Positions 13,092 through 27,044 of a stretch of 64,000 nt of DNA are shown piece by piece; position 1 is the first letter of the stretch, and every line of letters begins with the position of its first letter. Below the pieces are notes generated by a model, which was not told where the DNA came from, ran no database searches, and saw only the letters and a program-made list of their open reading frames with translations. The translations under genes were made by a program, and so were the position numbers. The stretch is from Octopus sinensis. Lineage: Eukaryota. Where the stretch lies: NCBI RefSeq assembly GCF_006345805.1, contig NC_043006.1, positions 64,604,001 to 64,668,000 of the forward strand. The letters run 5' to 3'.

Positions 13092-14722
13092 CACACACAC
13101 ACACACACACACACACACCACACACACACACCTATATATATTTTTGGATTGGTATTAATAACCTTTATAAGGCGACGAGCTGGCAGAATCGTTACTATTC
13201 CGGGCGAAATATTTAGTGGTATTTCGCCCGTCGCTACGTTGCAAGTTCAAATGCCGCGAAGGTCAACTTTGCCTTTCATCCTTTCGGGGTCCATAAATTA
13301 AGTACCAGTATAGTACTGGGGTTGATATGATCAATTATCCCCCTCTCATCAAATTCCAGGCCTTATGTCGATAGTAGAAACCTTTATAAACAGTGATAGG
13401 AAGTGATATTTTTCATTCGTTTCCTTTCATGATATGAACTACAATAACACGAACAAAGTTGGTTTCAGTAAAGGAATTAATTATGGGAATTTTTTAAAAA
13501 GTTCTTCTGGTCATTCGACTGCGGCCATGCACCGCCTCGAAAAATTCTAGTCGAACGAATCGAACCCTGTACTTATTTCTTAAAAGTCTGGTACTTATTA
13601 CATCGTCCCCTGAGCCGAACCGCTAAGATATAGGAGAATAAACAAACCAACACTGATTATCAAGCGGTACTGGGTTCAAATACACATGCACACGCGCACA
13701 TACACTCACATATGACGGGCTTCTTTCAGTTTCCTACCAAACTCACTCACAAAGTTATAGTAGAAGACACTCGAGCAAGGTACACGCAGTGGGTCGTCTG
13801 GGGTCAGTCAACTGATGGAAGCGGTGCACCAGCATGGCCGCACTTTGAGGACTGAAAAAAGTAGAAAAAATACATAAAATAAGAGAAAAAGATATATTTT
13901 CCTAAAAACGCTGCAATAGAATAACGAAGTAAGTTGTACAAATCCAAAAGACATCATGCCACCTGTTGAAACGTTGGGTGAGTTTGGAAGGCAGAACAGC
14001 CTCAGTGAAATATCCATCTGAATGCCACACTTTTTCTAACGCAATATCACATGAAAACAAAATTTTATAGATCAACTAGCTCTCCATAAAAAAAAAACGA
14101 AACAGAACAAACATGTAAATGTGGTCGCCTACCGTTGAAAGAGGGTTGTGTACTTTTATAATCCTCTCTCTCTCCCTCATGTCTATTGTCCCTTCTTCTG
14201 TATATATACCTACCTACTGTTCCCTTTTTCTCTGTCTCTTTTTCCCTCACTTCCTTTCTTCGTCCCCTCCTGAAATTTATTCTCCGCCTCTTTCTAGCAG
14301 ACACAGTTTTCTTCCAACTTTTACTTAACTCACGTCCTTCTTTTTGAATATTCTCTTTTCTTTCTCTCTCTCTATTTCGCTCTCTTCTGTAACTTCTCTT
14401 CGTTATCATTTCTTTTTCCCTTCGTCTATCATTTCTCTTCTAACTTCCTTTCTCTTACTTTATCCCCCTTCCAATCATTATCAATTGTTTAACTTCTTTC
14501 TTACTCTCTCTCTTTTCCATATTACACCCCTTCTTTCTGATCAACCTCTCACGTTGTTCATTTTTCTTTACATCAACCCACAAGTTTCTCTAACATTTTT
14601 CACACTTTCGCTCTCTTTTCTCGCTTATCTTTTTCCACCATCATCTATTTCTTCTTACACTTTCAAGTTTCTTCTCACGAAATTTAACTTTCTCGTCTTC
14701 CTTCATTTTTATTATCTCTAAA

Positions 14723-14928
14723 ACAGCGGTTTTCAACCGGAGTTCATATAAGATCTTGTTAAAGATTATGAAATAAATTGATTCACTTCTATAATAAACA
14801 AAATATTTTAACATTTTTTAATACAATTCTTAATATTTAATTATAAGAAAAAAAAAAAAACATCGAATAGCTATGGGGTCCAGCTGAGTAAAATAAGAAT
14901 CATAGGCAAAAAATGGTTGAGAACCGTA
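14723..14928. mobile_element. hAT/Charlie-type MITE (CAG.GGTT.TCAA termini)
   Basis: Starts CAGCGGTTTTCAACC and ends GGTTGAGAACCG. Related copies at 48731-48990, 52280-52587 and 63360-63622. Confidence 0.75.
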
Positions 14929-15074
14929 GCTCTAATACAAACTCTATTACTCTGTTGTTTTCGGCCCCTATTTTACCTTCATTTTACCGCCAAAATTCAA
15001 TCATAACTTCCCGTCTTATCCACTCATCTTCCCTTATCCTCAACCACCACCACCATCAGCACCAGTACTACTAT

Positions 15075-15107
<33 letters not shown>

Positions 15108-16109
15108 CACCACCTTGAAAACCAGTTACCATCACCGGCAATGTAACCACCAACTTCACAACAAACTCGACCACCGTAACCACTATTATCGCCGACTCCT
15201 CCCACCACCATCATTAGCAACGAGGTCTCAATAGTAACATCCTACCACTGCCATGACAACCACCTCGACCAATAATGCCACCACCTCAAACCACCACTAT
15301 ATTTATCAACACTAATGAAATTCTTCACCATCATTACTATAGGAGGCGACGTGGTTGCTCAACCCGTTGGAAATAGCAGCTAAATCATCCTCAGACATTG
15401 AGGATGTGATTGAGAAACCCGCTTTGCAACCATGTGGGTTCCGGATCAGCCTCACTGCATGGCTGTATGTGTCCGTTTGTTCCTCACCATGCTTGACAAC
15501 CGTTGTCGGTTTGTTTATGTCCCCGTAAATTTGCGATTCGACAAAGGGATAAGTACCCCACTTAAAGGAATAAGTAATATGGTTGATTTGTTCGACTTAC
15601 TAGTCGGGTGCACCAGCATGGCCGCAGTTTATACAAATAAAAGATAAAAAATAGATCACACGACCATCTTGAAATAACGGAAGGGCATTCGATATGTAGT
15701 ATTAAGTCCGACATTATTTCTTAATAAAAAGGCGGCGAACTGGCAGAATCGTTAACACTTAGCGGTATTTCGTCTGCTGCTACGTTTTGGGTTCAAATTC
15801 CACCAGGGTCGACTTTGCAGATCTTTTGCCTTTCATCCTTTCGGGGTCGATTAAATAAGTACCAGTTACGCACTGAGGTCGATGAAATCGACTAGCCCCC
15901 CCCTCCTCCAAATAGAAAGGATTATTTCTTAATAAAGAAATATAGGCGTAGGAGTGGTTCCGGGTTCAGTCCCACTGCGTGGCACCTTGGGCACGTGTCT
16001 TCTACTATAGCCTCGGGCCGACCAAAGTCTTGTGCGTGGATCTGGTAGACGGAAACTGAAATAAGCCCCTCGTATATATATATATATATTTATTTATTAT
16101 ATAGAAGGA

Positions 16110-16158
16110 GCTTCTACAGGACTAGTACTGTTTCATTCAAGAGAAATCTTCAGGAAGC
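16110..16158 (-). ncRNA. Type I hammerhead ribozyme, canonical core
   Basis: GCTTC-CTGAAGA-T-TTC(TCTT)GAA-T-GAAA-CAG(TACTAGTC)CTG-TA-GAAGC. Cleavage triplet GUA. The first pair of stem II is a U-U mismatch. Confidence 0.8.
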
Positions 16159-16204
16159 TTCCTGAAGATTTCTCTTGAATGAACAGTACTAGTCCTGTAG
16201 AAGC
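16157..16204 (+). ncRNA. Mirror hammerhead copy, likely inactive (GAAA reduced to GAA)
   Basis: Identical to the minus-strand copy except for a one-A deletion. Confidence 0.7.
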
Positions 16205-16295
16205 TCCTTCTATATAATAAATAAATTAATTTTACTCTGCTATGTATTGAGTACCTTACTTACTGTGGTTAACCCCGGATCAACCCGGGACCTAC

Positions 16296-16354
<59 letters not shown>

Positions 16355-17634
16355 TCCCCCTAACATCGCTTGACAACCGATGTTGGTGTGTTTACGTCCC
16401 CGTAACTTAGCGGCAAAAGAGACCGATAGAATAAGTACTAAGCTAACAAAGAATAAATCCTGGGGTCGATTTGTTTGACTAAAGGCGGTGCTCCAGCATG
16501 GCCGCAGTCAAATGACGGAAAGAAGTAAAAGAATAAAGACGGAGCAGTTTTGAGGGGTTTTAAACAAAAAGAATCACCAACATCATTCCTCACTTTTTTT
16601 GCCACCACCCTCAACACCACCGTCATCTGCCAAAACTACTACCAACACATTTCATCCTTAACACCACCACCAACAATAACTGAAACAACACTTCCAACCC
16701 TACTACTTATAGTAATAAAAAAAAAGGGAACCTTACTTTTTTCTTCACACTGACCTCCTTCTTAAGCTTCTTACCCAGAACCCTACACATCTGACCTGAC
16801 TCCCCTTCCCTAACAAATCCCTTCCTTGATCTTGCCCAGTTACATATATATATATATATTTAGAGAGAGAGAGAGAGAGAGAGTTCCCTTACATTAATAT
16901 ATATATTAATGTAAGGGATCTATCCTTTCTTCCCCTCTCTCTCTTTATATATATACATCACTGCCTGCTACTTCCTCCTCCCTCACTCTTTTTCCTCTTT
17001 CTCCTACCCCCCCCTCTCCTCTTCCCATTTCAACCTTATTTCTTTACTTGGTTACCCTCATTCCGTTTTTTTTTTAAAGTAACTTTTTCATCGGTTGCGT
17101 TCTTTAACTTCTTTACATCTTCTCCTTCCGTCTTCCTTCTCTATATTTTGTGATACCTACCAGCACACGAGGTTGAAGGACTGAAAGTGGGTAGGGAGAA
17201 AGAGAGAGAGAGAAAGTCAGGACCACCCTCCAGTATGTAGTTGGCGGTGAAGGAGACGATGGAGGTGCAATCAGAAGCAAGACCTGTCCATTGGTAAGGT
17301 GTTGTTAGTAGTACGGTAGATAGTGCAATAGGTGGTGGTGGAGACAGAGATGGTGGTAGTTATGGGCGGAGTAGAAAGCAAGACAGAGTAGTGGAGGAGG
17401 TCTCTGGACTATAAGGTAGACGGAGTAATAGAAGATGATTGTAAGAAAGGTGGCGCTAATGCTGTCTGTCTGTCAGTCAGTTGTGGTCGTTTGATATATT
17501 GGTTAGTGTTGCTGTTATTGTGACAGTATAAAGGTTGCTGGAGAGAAATACTAAACAACTCCGGTGATTTAGCCGTGTGGTAGGAAGCTTGCTTTTTCAA
17601 CCATGTGGTCTCGCATTTGAAAGCAATCCCCGAT

Positions 17635-18047
17635 GGGGATCTTTTCGGTTTGAACGGCAGTTTTTTCTAGCAGTGTCATATGAAATTGTCACCCATAATT
17701 ATAACCCTAGTATCGATCTATTGCATTTCAATCTGTTTTAGGATTAGGGGTGAGGGGAAGGGTATCTTTTTTTTTTCTTCAGAAATGTAAATAAACCCAA
17801 TCTGTTTCTTAAACGAGGGACTATTCATACGGCACAGAATGTTTTCACCTCAATAGACGTCATTGATTGGTTGAAATTGCAGAAATTGAAGAAAAAACAA
17901 CAAATATCTTACAAACTATAGAATTTTCTCAATAAAGCCAAGAGACAAAGATTTTTTATAAGCACACTCTACCAGTATACGAAGTTTAAAAGTGTTTAGT
18001 TACGTGAAAATTATTTTTAAAACTGCCATTCAAACCGAAAAGAGCTC
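17635..18047. mobile_element. Complete MITE of about 410 bp with about 28-bp TIRs
   Basis: GATCTTTTCGGTTTGAACGGCAGTTTT pairs with AAAACTGCCATTCAAACCGAAAAGAGC. Related interior sequence at 19546-19890. Confidence 0.85.
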
Positions 18048-19028
18048 TTTTCAAGGTTTTGGTCGGCTGTAGTAGGAGACACTTGCTGAAGGTACCATGC
18101 AGTGGGACCGAACCAGAGACCGCGTGTATCTCTATATCTATGTGTGTGTGTGTGTCTTTGTATTTATGTTTGTTCCACCACCAACCGCTTGACAACAAGT
18201 GTTGGTTTGTTTGCGTTGCTGTAAACTAGCTGTTCGGCAGAGACAACACTAACAAGCTTCAACATAAGTACTGGGGGTCGATTTGTTCGGCTAACACCCT
18301 TCGAGGTGGTTGCCCCAGCATGGCCGCAGTCCAGTGACCAAAACGAGTAAAAGATTAAAAAAGAAAATTATGATACTTGCGAGGATTTAGCGTTGGCATT
18401 ATGATGATGATGATGATGATGATGAAGACCACGGCGACGACAACGATCGTGGTAGTAATAGTGGTGATGGAGGTGTTGATGGTGGTAGTGGTGGTGAAGG
18501 GGCGAATGTGTCGATACTGGTGTTGCAAGTGATGATCGTTAAGGCGACACTGGTCGTCATGGACTAGCTTCTCCCCTCCCCCGCCCTCTTCCTTCTCCAA
18601 GGTAAGGTGTTAGTGTCATTGGAGGGTGTAGATGGTTGGAGTTTTGAGGTGGGTGAATAGTATGCTAAAAGAGGGGGGAGTCTCTCGCTCTCTCTCTCCC
18701 TTCCCATTAGGCTGTATGAAGGAGCTATGACTGATGTGACTAGGTGGGGGGCGAGGTAATGGCGGGGAAGGGTGCTAGTGATTATAGTGGTGGTAGGGGC
18801 TTAAGGTGAGTTATGGGCTGCAGCGTTTGTAAGAATGCGAAGAGGTGACGGTAGGGCAAGCGAAATGGGGCTAAGGAAAGAGGTAATGGTGGTTGTGGTG
18901 GTGGTGGTGGGTTGGATGTAAAAGCGCCTGAGTTCGCATGTGTGTAAGAATGTATATATGTGTATGTGAAGGAGAGAAAGAGATAAACAAATAGAAAGAG
19001 ATAAGATTATCAGTTTCGGCGGAGTGGT

Positions 19029-19029
19029 A

Positions 19030-19079
<50 letters not shown>

Positions 19080-19405
19080 ATGGTCGTGGTAGTAGTAGTA
19101 GTAGTAGGAGTAGTAATGGTCGTGGTAGTAGTAGTAGTAGTAGTAGTAGTTGTAGTAGTAGTAGTAGCCGCTGCCGCCTCCATGATTGTCACTAGTTATT
19201 AGAAGGTGGTTCTTGCTGAGCTCTCCATATCAGGCCTACCGAGGAGATCAAGCAAACGAAATATATTCCAAGCATGGCCATCTCGTCTCAATTTTGTCTT
19301 TTGTTATTATTGCTTTTCTGATCAAGTGTGTCTTGAATTACATTATCCAGTGGGTTTTTTTTGTCAATGGTACGTCCTTTATTGCATCTACGTATTACAT
19401 GTGGT

Positions 19406-19442
<37 letters not shown>

Positions 19443-19502
19443 GGTGGTGGTGGTGGTTGCTAGTAGTAGTAGTAGCAGCAGCAGCAGCAGCAGCAGCAGT
19501 AA

Positions 19503-19546
<44 letters not shown>

Positions 19547-19909
19547 CTGTCAACAAGAACTTCCGGCGGTGTATATTTCGATTGTCACTGTCATTTATGA
19601 CAACCCTAACCCTAAAACCTTAAAACCAGTACAAACGCACGAACGATGTCATAAATAACAGTGATAAACGATAGTTGTTGACAAACAACGGCAGTAATTT
19701 TATTCAGCTGAATACACGTCATTGATTGGTTGAAATTACCGAAACAGGACTACTTTAACGTGAAATAACTTCGTAAATATAGGTTTTTTTCTCAAAAATG
19801 CTAAGAGTAAAAGATGTTTTATATGACACAATCTACCAGTGTCCGAAGTTTGAAAGTGTTTAGTTACAAAAAATTATTTTTTAAATCTGTAGGTCAAAAG
19901 GTACAAATC

Positions 19910-19956
<47 letters not shown>

Positions 19957-20018
19957 CAGTAGTAGTAGAAGCAGCAGTAGTAGTAGTAGTAGTAGTAGTT
20001 GTTGTTGCTGTTGCTGTT

Positions 20019-20064
<46 letters not shown>

Positions 20065-20087
20065 CAGCAGCAGCAGCAGCAGCAGCA
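19029..20087. repeat. Cluster of (AGT)n/(GGT)n/(AGC)n microsatellites (19029-19167, 19406-19545, 19909-20087)
   Basis: Read directly from the sequence. Confidence 0.95.
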
Positions 20088-21207
20088 AGTTAGTAACTTC
20101 TGAAACTAGGCAGTGTTACAGTCGTAGCTCTTCACAACTTGATATTTTAATGATTTTCAGAGGCTCGATGTAACACCACCAGAAAATAAAGAAAAAAAGT
20201 AAGATATAAAATTTCCTTTGATTTGTTTTCAGTCTTTTACTCAGGATAGAAAGGCCACTGCCCACATTTCTTTTCAAGACCATGGAAACTGGTGGGCGAG
20301 AGGTATTCTTGAATTGGAGACGAGGCCCAAAAACTTGCAGCAGATTGGATTCCGCAAAAGACACCCAAACGCGAGGGATTATATCGATTGCCATTGTCTG
20401 ACAGGTTACCAATCATTCATTTTATCATAAAATAAAAAAACTTAAAGTTTTAGTTGTTGAAAGTTTACTGGCCAACTGTTATATTTATTGACAGTATTTC
20501 ACAGATATTTACAATTCAAAATGGCCTCTCCTTGCTTTTACCATAGCGCTTAAATTGTTTATTCATCTGTTTTATCACCTCACAATTCTTTTATTTGAGT
20601 CACCATATTTAATTAAGAATAAACAATAGGACAAAATAAGGTTAGGGAACGGTATACAACATTTACAACAGCTTTTGCGTATAAGAATGTTTCAACTTAT
20701 GCTTGAATAATGGGTAAATTATCTTAAATACTGGGCAAACGTATACACTGCACCCAGTATATCTACCTACCTACCTACCTACCTACCTATCTACCTATCT
20801 ATCTATCAATCTCTCTGCCTCTGTCTATCTGTCTCTCATATATAGATATATACATCGACTGCTATTTCCAGTAAACATTGGTGCCTTGGTGCATCACGAC
20901 TCTCTCCCTCTCTGTCTGTCTGTCTCTCATTCTCTATATGTGTGTGTGTGTGGTGTGTGTGTGTGTATACGTTGTTAAATGGTCTAAATACGAGAGTAGA
21001 AAAACAGCGAACACCTGACGAAGGGACGTTCTTTATGTTGCTTGTCTTATTTTCCATTTCTGTCTTTCGTTGTTCGAAAAAATAATTCATATTCCATGTA
21101 CTCGTACTTCATATTCTTTTGTTGTATACGAGGGAGAGTCCGAGAGAAAAGAAAAGTAAGAGAGTGGGAAAGTGAGAGAGAAAGGAGAGAGACACAAAGA
21201 GGGAGAA

Positions 21208-21520
21208 TCATCATCATCATCATCATCATTGTTTAACGTCCGTTTTCCGTGCTAGCACGGGTTGGACAGTTTGACCGGGGTCTGGGAAGCCAGGAGGCTG
21301 CACCAGGCTCCAGTCTGATCTGGCAGTGTTTCTACAGCTGGATGCCCTTCCTAACGCCAACCACTCTGTGAGTGTAGTGGGTGCTTTTTTCGTGCCGCCG
21401 GCACAGGTGCCAGGGGGGCTCGCAGCGGCAACGATCGGTTGGTGCTTTTTACGTGCCACCGGCACAGAAGCCAGTCATGGCGGCGCTGCAATCGGCCACG
21501 TTCGGATGGTGCTTTTTACA
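21208..21520 (-). mobile_element. 3' part of an RTE-related SINE or LINE with a (GAT)n tail
   Basis: Minus strand has GGCGTTAGGAAGGGCATCCAGCTGTAGAAAC...GGACGTTAAACAATGATGATG. Confidence 0.7.
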
Positions 21521-21591
21521 TGCTGAAAGGAAGCAACAGAAAGTAACAACCACACTCTTACCCGCGCGTAGAGCGGGTCACCTTCAGCTAG

Positions 21592-21627
<36 letters not shown>

Positions 21628-22245
21628 TGGTGGTGGTGGTGGTAGTAGTGGTGGTGGTGGTGGTGGTGGTGGTGGTGGTGGTGGTGTGGTGGTGGTGGTG
21701 GATTCATTATGCTCCAGGAGAGAAGTAAAGAAGTTGGGGTGGAGAATGTGACGAGGGAAAAGAAATAAAAGAGAAAGAGACTATAAAAGAAGACGAGGAA
21801 ACAAAAGCGTCAGAACAGAGGGGGAAGTCTGTGTCCTTCCATACATTTACGTCTGGTGGTGGTGTTGGTAGTGGTGGGCAGCTCAGTGAACAAGTGAACG
21901 GTGTTCCATTACAGTGCTGTAATTGGCGGGTATTAATCCCTTTGAAGTGGTAAAGGCATCCACCAAAGACAGACACACACACAAATATTTATATATATAT
22001 ATACACACACACACACATATATATGTATATACATATATATATATAACCATTCATACACGCATACGCAAATTTATATATATATATGTACACACACACACAC
22101 GCATATATATATGTATATCCATATATATACACACAAATATACTTTCGTGGGATGTGTCCATGCATTTATTTATACGTATATTATTCAAAGGGTAAGATTA
22201 TATTTTATATACACCTCTTCACAAAATCAGACGCACGCTCACTCA

Positions 22246-22300
<55 letters not shown>

Positions 22301-22449
22301 TCACAAACATATACACTGTTACACAAACATGTACACGAGCGCTCATTCTCACATACACAAACTTGTTACCAGTTCGCACATGCTTCCGGCTCATTTGAAC
22401 TCATAAAAAAAGGCATTCACTGTAGTTTTCATGGAGAAAATTTTTAGCT

Positions 22450-22946
22450 GTAGACAGAAAGATATAAACACATCGAACCATTTCGCATTACCCAATAACC
22501 AGATTGTTGGGTGCATGCTTTTCGAAGTGGTTATCTCCTCTTCAGCTGTAGAGACCGGAGACTTAGACGCCACGAAGTGACTCGAGAGACAGGCCCCCTC
22601 TTATGATATTCCGTCATTGCTCAATAACTGGTTGCACTATTTAGCGGCTCACCGCAAATACGGGATGACAGCTCTAAGCAGTGATGAGTACAAATAAAAA
22701 CCTGTTACTAGTTCAAATATGCTTGAGATGTATATTAATGCATCCGCAAAGCGCAAGCGGGTCATCGCTGGCGAGCTAAACAAAAGCTGGCCGTTGTCGA
22801 GTTGGTCGTTCGAACACAACATAGTAAGGTCAACTCACCAGAAACACAAGATACATCTCCGAAGATCTCACTCAACCAATGCAGGGTCGAGATGGATGGC
22901 GTACGCGGGTTAGAAATGTCTGAGGAACCTAGACCAGACGATGATG
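22450..22946 (+). mobile_element. Degenerate RTE-type LINE 3' end
   Basis: Reads QAGHRWRAKQKLA (compare AGHCWRSKQELA) and MQGRDGWRTRVRNV, followed by GATGATG. Confidence 0.6.
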
Positions 22947-23114
22947 GTATATCTTTTCTCTTTTGTTTCACTCATAAGATCGCGGCCATGCTGGGGCACC
23001 ACCTTGAAAAATTTAGTCGAATAAATAGACTCAACCTTATTTTTGAAGTGCTACTTATTCTATCGGTCTCTTTTGCCGAACAACCTTAATAAAAAGGATT
23101 GAATTTTTAAAATC

Positions 23115-24294
23115 GGTAATCTTTCAGTTTAGGGAGTTCAAAAAAGTAAATAAAGCCTAAATGACGACATCTATACTCACGAAGGGATTGTGCACCAGGA
23201 GAACTTTGTGGATCCCACAAATGAGGACGTCCACACGCAAAATGTGGAGCAAATGTGGAGAATTTGCGGGTGAAAATAAAATTACGGCGACAATTTGGAA
23301 CGTCGGACAATATATTTGTGTCATATTCAAACAAATTCACATAGAAGAATTCTGTTCCCAAAAAATAAAGACGGTATTTTCTTTTTGGTTACCTCATTCC
23401 CATTAACAGATTGCCATTAAAAAATTGGGTTATCTCCCCACTAAAAAGTTTAGTTAATGTGGCGACAAGAGATTGGATTAAAAGAGATCTTTTTGATTCA
23501 ATACTTCAACATATGGTTGACGTTTGGTCTCTTCAATAGGCAGGGTATGATTTGTTATTAAAATGTTATCAAACTGAGTAAGATGCTTAATTTTTTTTTA
23601 ATTTCCATGCTTATTGATTTTTTGCAGTTTCCATGTTTACTCTTTTACTCGTTTCAATCATTTGACAGCGGCCATGCTGGAGCACCGCCTTTAGTCGAGC
23701 AAATCGACATCAGGACTTATTCTTTGTAAGCCTAGTACTTATTCTATCGGTCTATTTTGCCGAACCGCTAAGTTACGGGGACGTAACACACCAGTATCGG
23801 TTGTCAAGCGATGTGGGGGGGGGGACAAACACAGGCACACAAACACACACACACACACATATATACATATATACGACGGGTTTCTTTCAGTTTCCGTCGA
23901 CCAAAGCTTTGGTCGGCCCGAGGCTATAGTAGAAAACACTTGCCCAAGGTGCCACGCGGTGGGACTGAACCCGAAACCATGTGGTTGGTAAGCAAGCTAT
24001 TTACTACACAGCCACTCCTGCGCATCATTTCTTTTTTTTTTTATTGAGGGTTAAACATTTTTTGCAGTTGGATAACCAAAAGTACCGATATTTCTCGTAA
24101 AACGGGGTAGGGGTAATAACCCAATTTTTTTAATGGGGGTGAGATAACCAAAAAGTACCAAAAAGACTTTCGTTCACTTTTAATGGCTAGAGTCAATGTC
24201 TTCATTGTTTTGACAGTTGACTTATTTATTCCCCCTTGTTATTGCCCCTTCTATTTTTATTTACTTTTTAAACACCCTAAACTGAAAGATTACC
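23115..24294 (+). mobile_element. Merlin (IS1595-like) DNA transposon remnant with nested MITE and SINE
   Basis: TIR GGTAATCTTTCAGTTTAGGG at 23115 pairs with CCCTAAACTGAAAGATTACC ending 24294. Coding remnant QENFVDPTNEDVHTQNVEQMWR at about 23196-23261. Confidence 0.8.
23372..24159. mobile_element. MITE with TIR GGTACTTTTTGGTTATCTCACCCCC, interrupted by a group A SINE
   Basis: Same family at 55977-56823 (opposite orientation) and a fragment at 53604-53725. Confidence 0.75.
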
Positions 24295-24530
24295 TTTATC
24301 TTTTATTCTTTTACTTGTTTCAGTTATTGGAGTGCGGCCATGCTGGGGCACCGCTCTGAAAAGTTTAGTCAAACGACTTGATCTTAGTGCTTATCCTTAA
24401 AATCTAATACCTATTCTATGCGCTCTCTTTTTGCCGAACCGCTAAATTATGAGGACAGAAACAAACCAACACCTGTTGCCAAACGGTGGTGACGGCGGTG
24501 GTCCTGCACGCTCTCACACGCGCAGTGTTT

Positions 24531-24947
24531 CCTTATTTCTTTACTGCCCACAAGGGTTACACACATAGGGGACTAACAAAGACAGACAAACGGATTAAGT
24601 CGATTATATCGACCCCACTGCGTAACTGGTACTTATTTAATCGACCCCGAAATGATGAAAGGCAAAATCGACCTCGGCGGAATTTGAACTCAGAACGTAG
24701 CGGCAGACGAAATACCTATTTCTTTACTACCCACAAGGGGCTAAACACAGAGGGGACAGATAAGGACAGACACGCGGATTAAGTCGATTACATCGACCCC
24801 AGTGCGTAACTGGTACTTATTTAATCGACCCCGAAAGGATGAAAGGCAAAGTCGACATCGGCGGAATTTGAACTCAGAACTTAACGCAGACGAAATACCG
24901 CTAAGCATTTCGCCCGGGGTGCTAACGATTCTGCCAGCTCGCCGCCT
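24531..24947 (-). mobile_element. Head-to-tail dimer of group B SINE
   Basis: Two consecutive units, 24531-24715 and 24716-24947. Confidence 0.85.
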
Positions 24948-25081
24948 TGCGCGCACACACACACACATACACAGTGCTTCCATCTACACGTGGGTCGAGC
25001 TATGGCTATAGTAAATGACACTTGCTCAAGATACCACGCAAACTATTACATAAACATAAGCTGCACACTCACACACATACA

Positions 25082-25121
<40 letters not shown>

Positions 25122-25499
25122 ACACACACACACCACACACACACACACAAGACACGTACAGGCGCTTCCACACAGCTTCAGTCTACCCGTTTTCACTAAC
25201 ACGCTTCGGATCGATCCGGTGAATAGCCACAGGAAGATGGATTGGTGAGGAAGAAACACAAACACAGTGATAAATCAAATCCTATAAACACTGATGGAAA
25301 ACTGATCTCCTTATCTTGATGTATGATCACACTTATATACAGTTTCAGAGGACCACGTTGAATCAATAAAACTGTTAATGGAAGAAAGTCAGTTATTCAT
25401 TGATGAACGTGATGCTGTAAAGGGAAACAAGGAAATTGCAAACGTTGTATATATATTTGTAATATTATGTAATAAAATTGTCGTTGGGAAGACTGCAAA

Positions 25500-25620
25500 T
25501 CAGAAAGCTCTTCTGTCAATCATTAAACAGCGGAAAATAAAGTGGTTTTGTCATGCAACACAACACCTTGATAGCCTAACTGTTGCGAATAGGGCCGTGC
25601 ATGGAGAAGCTGTTAGTAAA
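25500..25620 (+). mobile_element. Small RTE LINE C-terminal fragment
   Basis: Reads LLSIIKQRKIKWFCHATQH (compare LLxIIKxRKLxWFGHV). Confidence 0.55.
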
Positions 25621-27044
25621 AGCGATAAAAAAAAAAACACAAAGAAGGGAATTGAGGAACAAGGTCAAGGTACGGAGAGAGGGGAAAACGTGAGTTGGTT
25701 TTGATGATGAAATATCGACGGGAGTGCGGGGTGAATCTGTTGTCCTGCCTTTACGGTTGCCCTAGGTTATAAAATTCACATGTTTAAACCTCTTTTATTT
25801 TTTGTTTGTTTTTTCATTGGACTGTGCCCATGCTGGGGCACAGTTTTAAAGGCTTTAGTCGAACAAATCGATTCCATTGCTTATTTTTGAAATCTGGTTA
25901 CTATCGTTCTCCTTTACGGAACCGCTAATTGATGGGGACGTGAACAAACCTACACCGATTGTCCAGTGGTGGTGACGAACACAAAGTTACACACACACAC
26001 ACACACACACATACACACACACACATATACACACACACGTCGAGTTTCCGCAGTTTCCGTCAAATCTGGTATGTATTCTGTCGTTCTCTTTTAGGGAACC
26101 GCTAATTGATGGGGACGTGAACGAACCTACACCGAGTGGTAGTGACGAACAGTCACACACATCACACCACACACACACACGCACACATATTTCACACAAA
26201 CACACACACTCACACACACACATACACACACGTCGTGTCTCTGTCTACTAAATTTATTCATAATGCATTGGCTGTACCGGGGCTATAGAAGACATTGCCG
26301 AAGGTGCTGCTCAGTGGGACTGAACCAGAAACCAAATGGTTGCAAAGCGGGCTTTTAACCACACTGCATATGTAATAATAAAGTTACTAATTCTTTTTGT
26401 TCGTTCACATTGCTTACTTGATTAAGTGATTGGTACAAAGTGTGCAGAGCATTGATTGGAAAGATGCGGTGCACGAAATTTATGAATGGCATGCCTAACG
26501 AAAAAAGACCTTGAAATTTTGTAGTAATGTGGTCTGCTCAACAATGATCCATGCCTCGTGCAGCCTATTTCTCGATAAAGGTTGCCAGTGCCTTGTATAG
26601 AGATTTTGCTTGTATGTTAGAATTTTAGAGTTTTCCGCATGCCCACCCCCTTTATCCCATAGTCAGAAAGAAGTACCTGTGTCCCTATACAGGGCTTCCC
26701 AGATGCATATGAAAGAGGAAGGAAGATATTCTTAAACCGGAAATTTGGCCCAAATGCTTGCAATAAGATGGTCTCTACGAAAGGTAGTGAAGGACCAAGT
26801 GACAAGACAATGACATGGTAGAAACGAAAATGTCTTAAAGCGATGAGAAGGGAAGAAGAAAATGGCGACAACTAAGGAAGTGGTGCCATTTGAAAATACA
26901 AGTCATTTATTGGCTTAGAGATTTTAGGAAATAAAATTTTTGAAGAGTTGTAGGCGCAAATATGGATGTGTAGTGAAGAGACACGCCTGTCAATGATGTG
27001 GTATCATGTTTTGTCCTACTGCGCGGAACCTTGGACAAATATTT

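Larger units (their letters stand above)
16089..16296 (+). mobile_element. (TA)n-inserted hammerhead-bearing element with a near-perfect 136-bp palindrome
   Basis: 16089-16225 is palindromic about GGAAG|CTTCC. A unique 3' part runs to CCTACA(TA)n. It sits in the TA tract of a group A SINE. Confidence 0.85.

Noticed and set aside
22512-22548. Minus-strand hammerhead-like CTGAAGA-GGAG/CTTC-GAAA-AGCATGC
   Set aside because: No stem I and no UH triplet. It lies antisense within a decayed RTE coding remnant and is probably chance.
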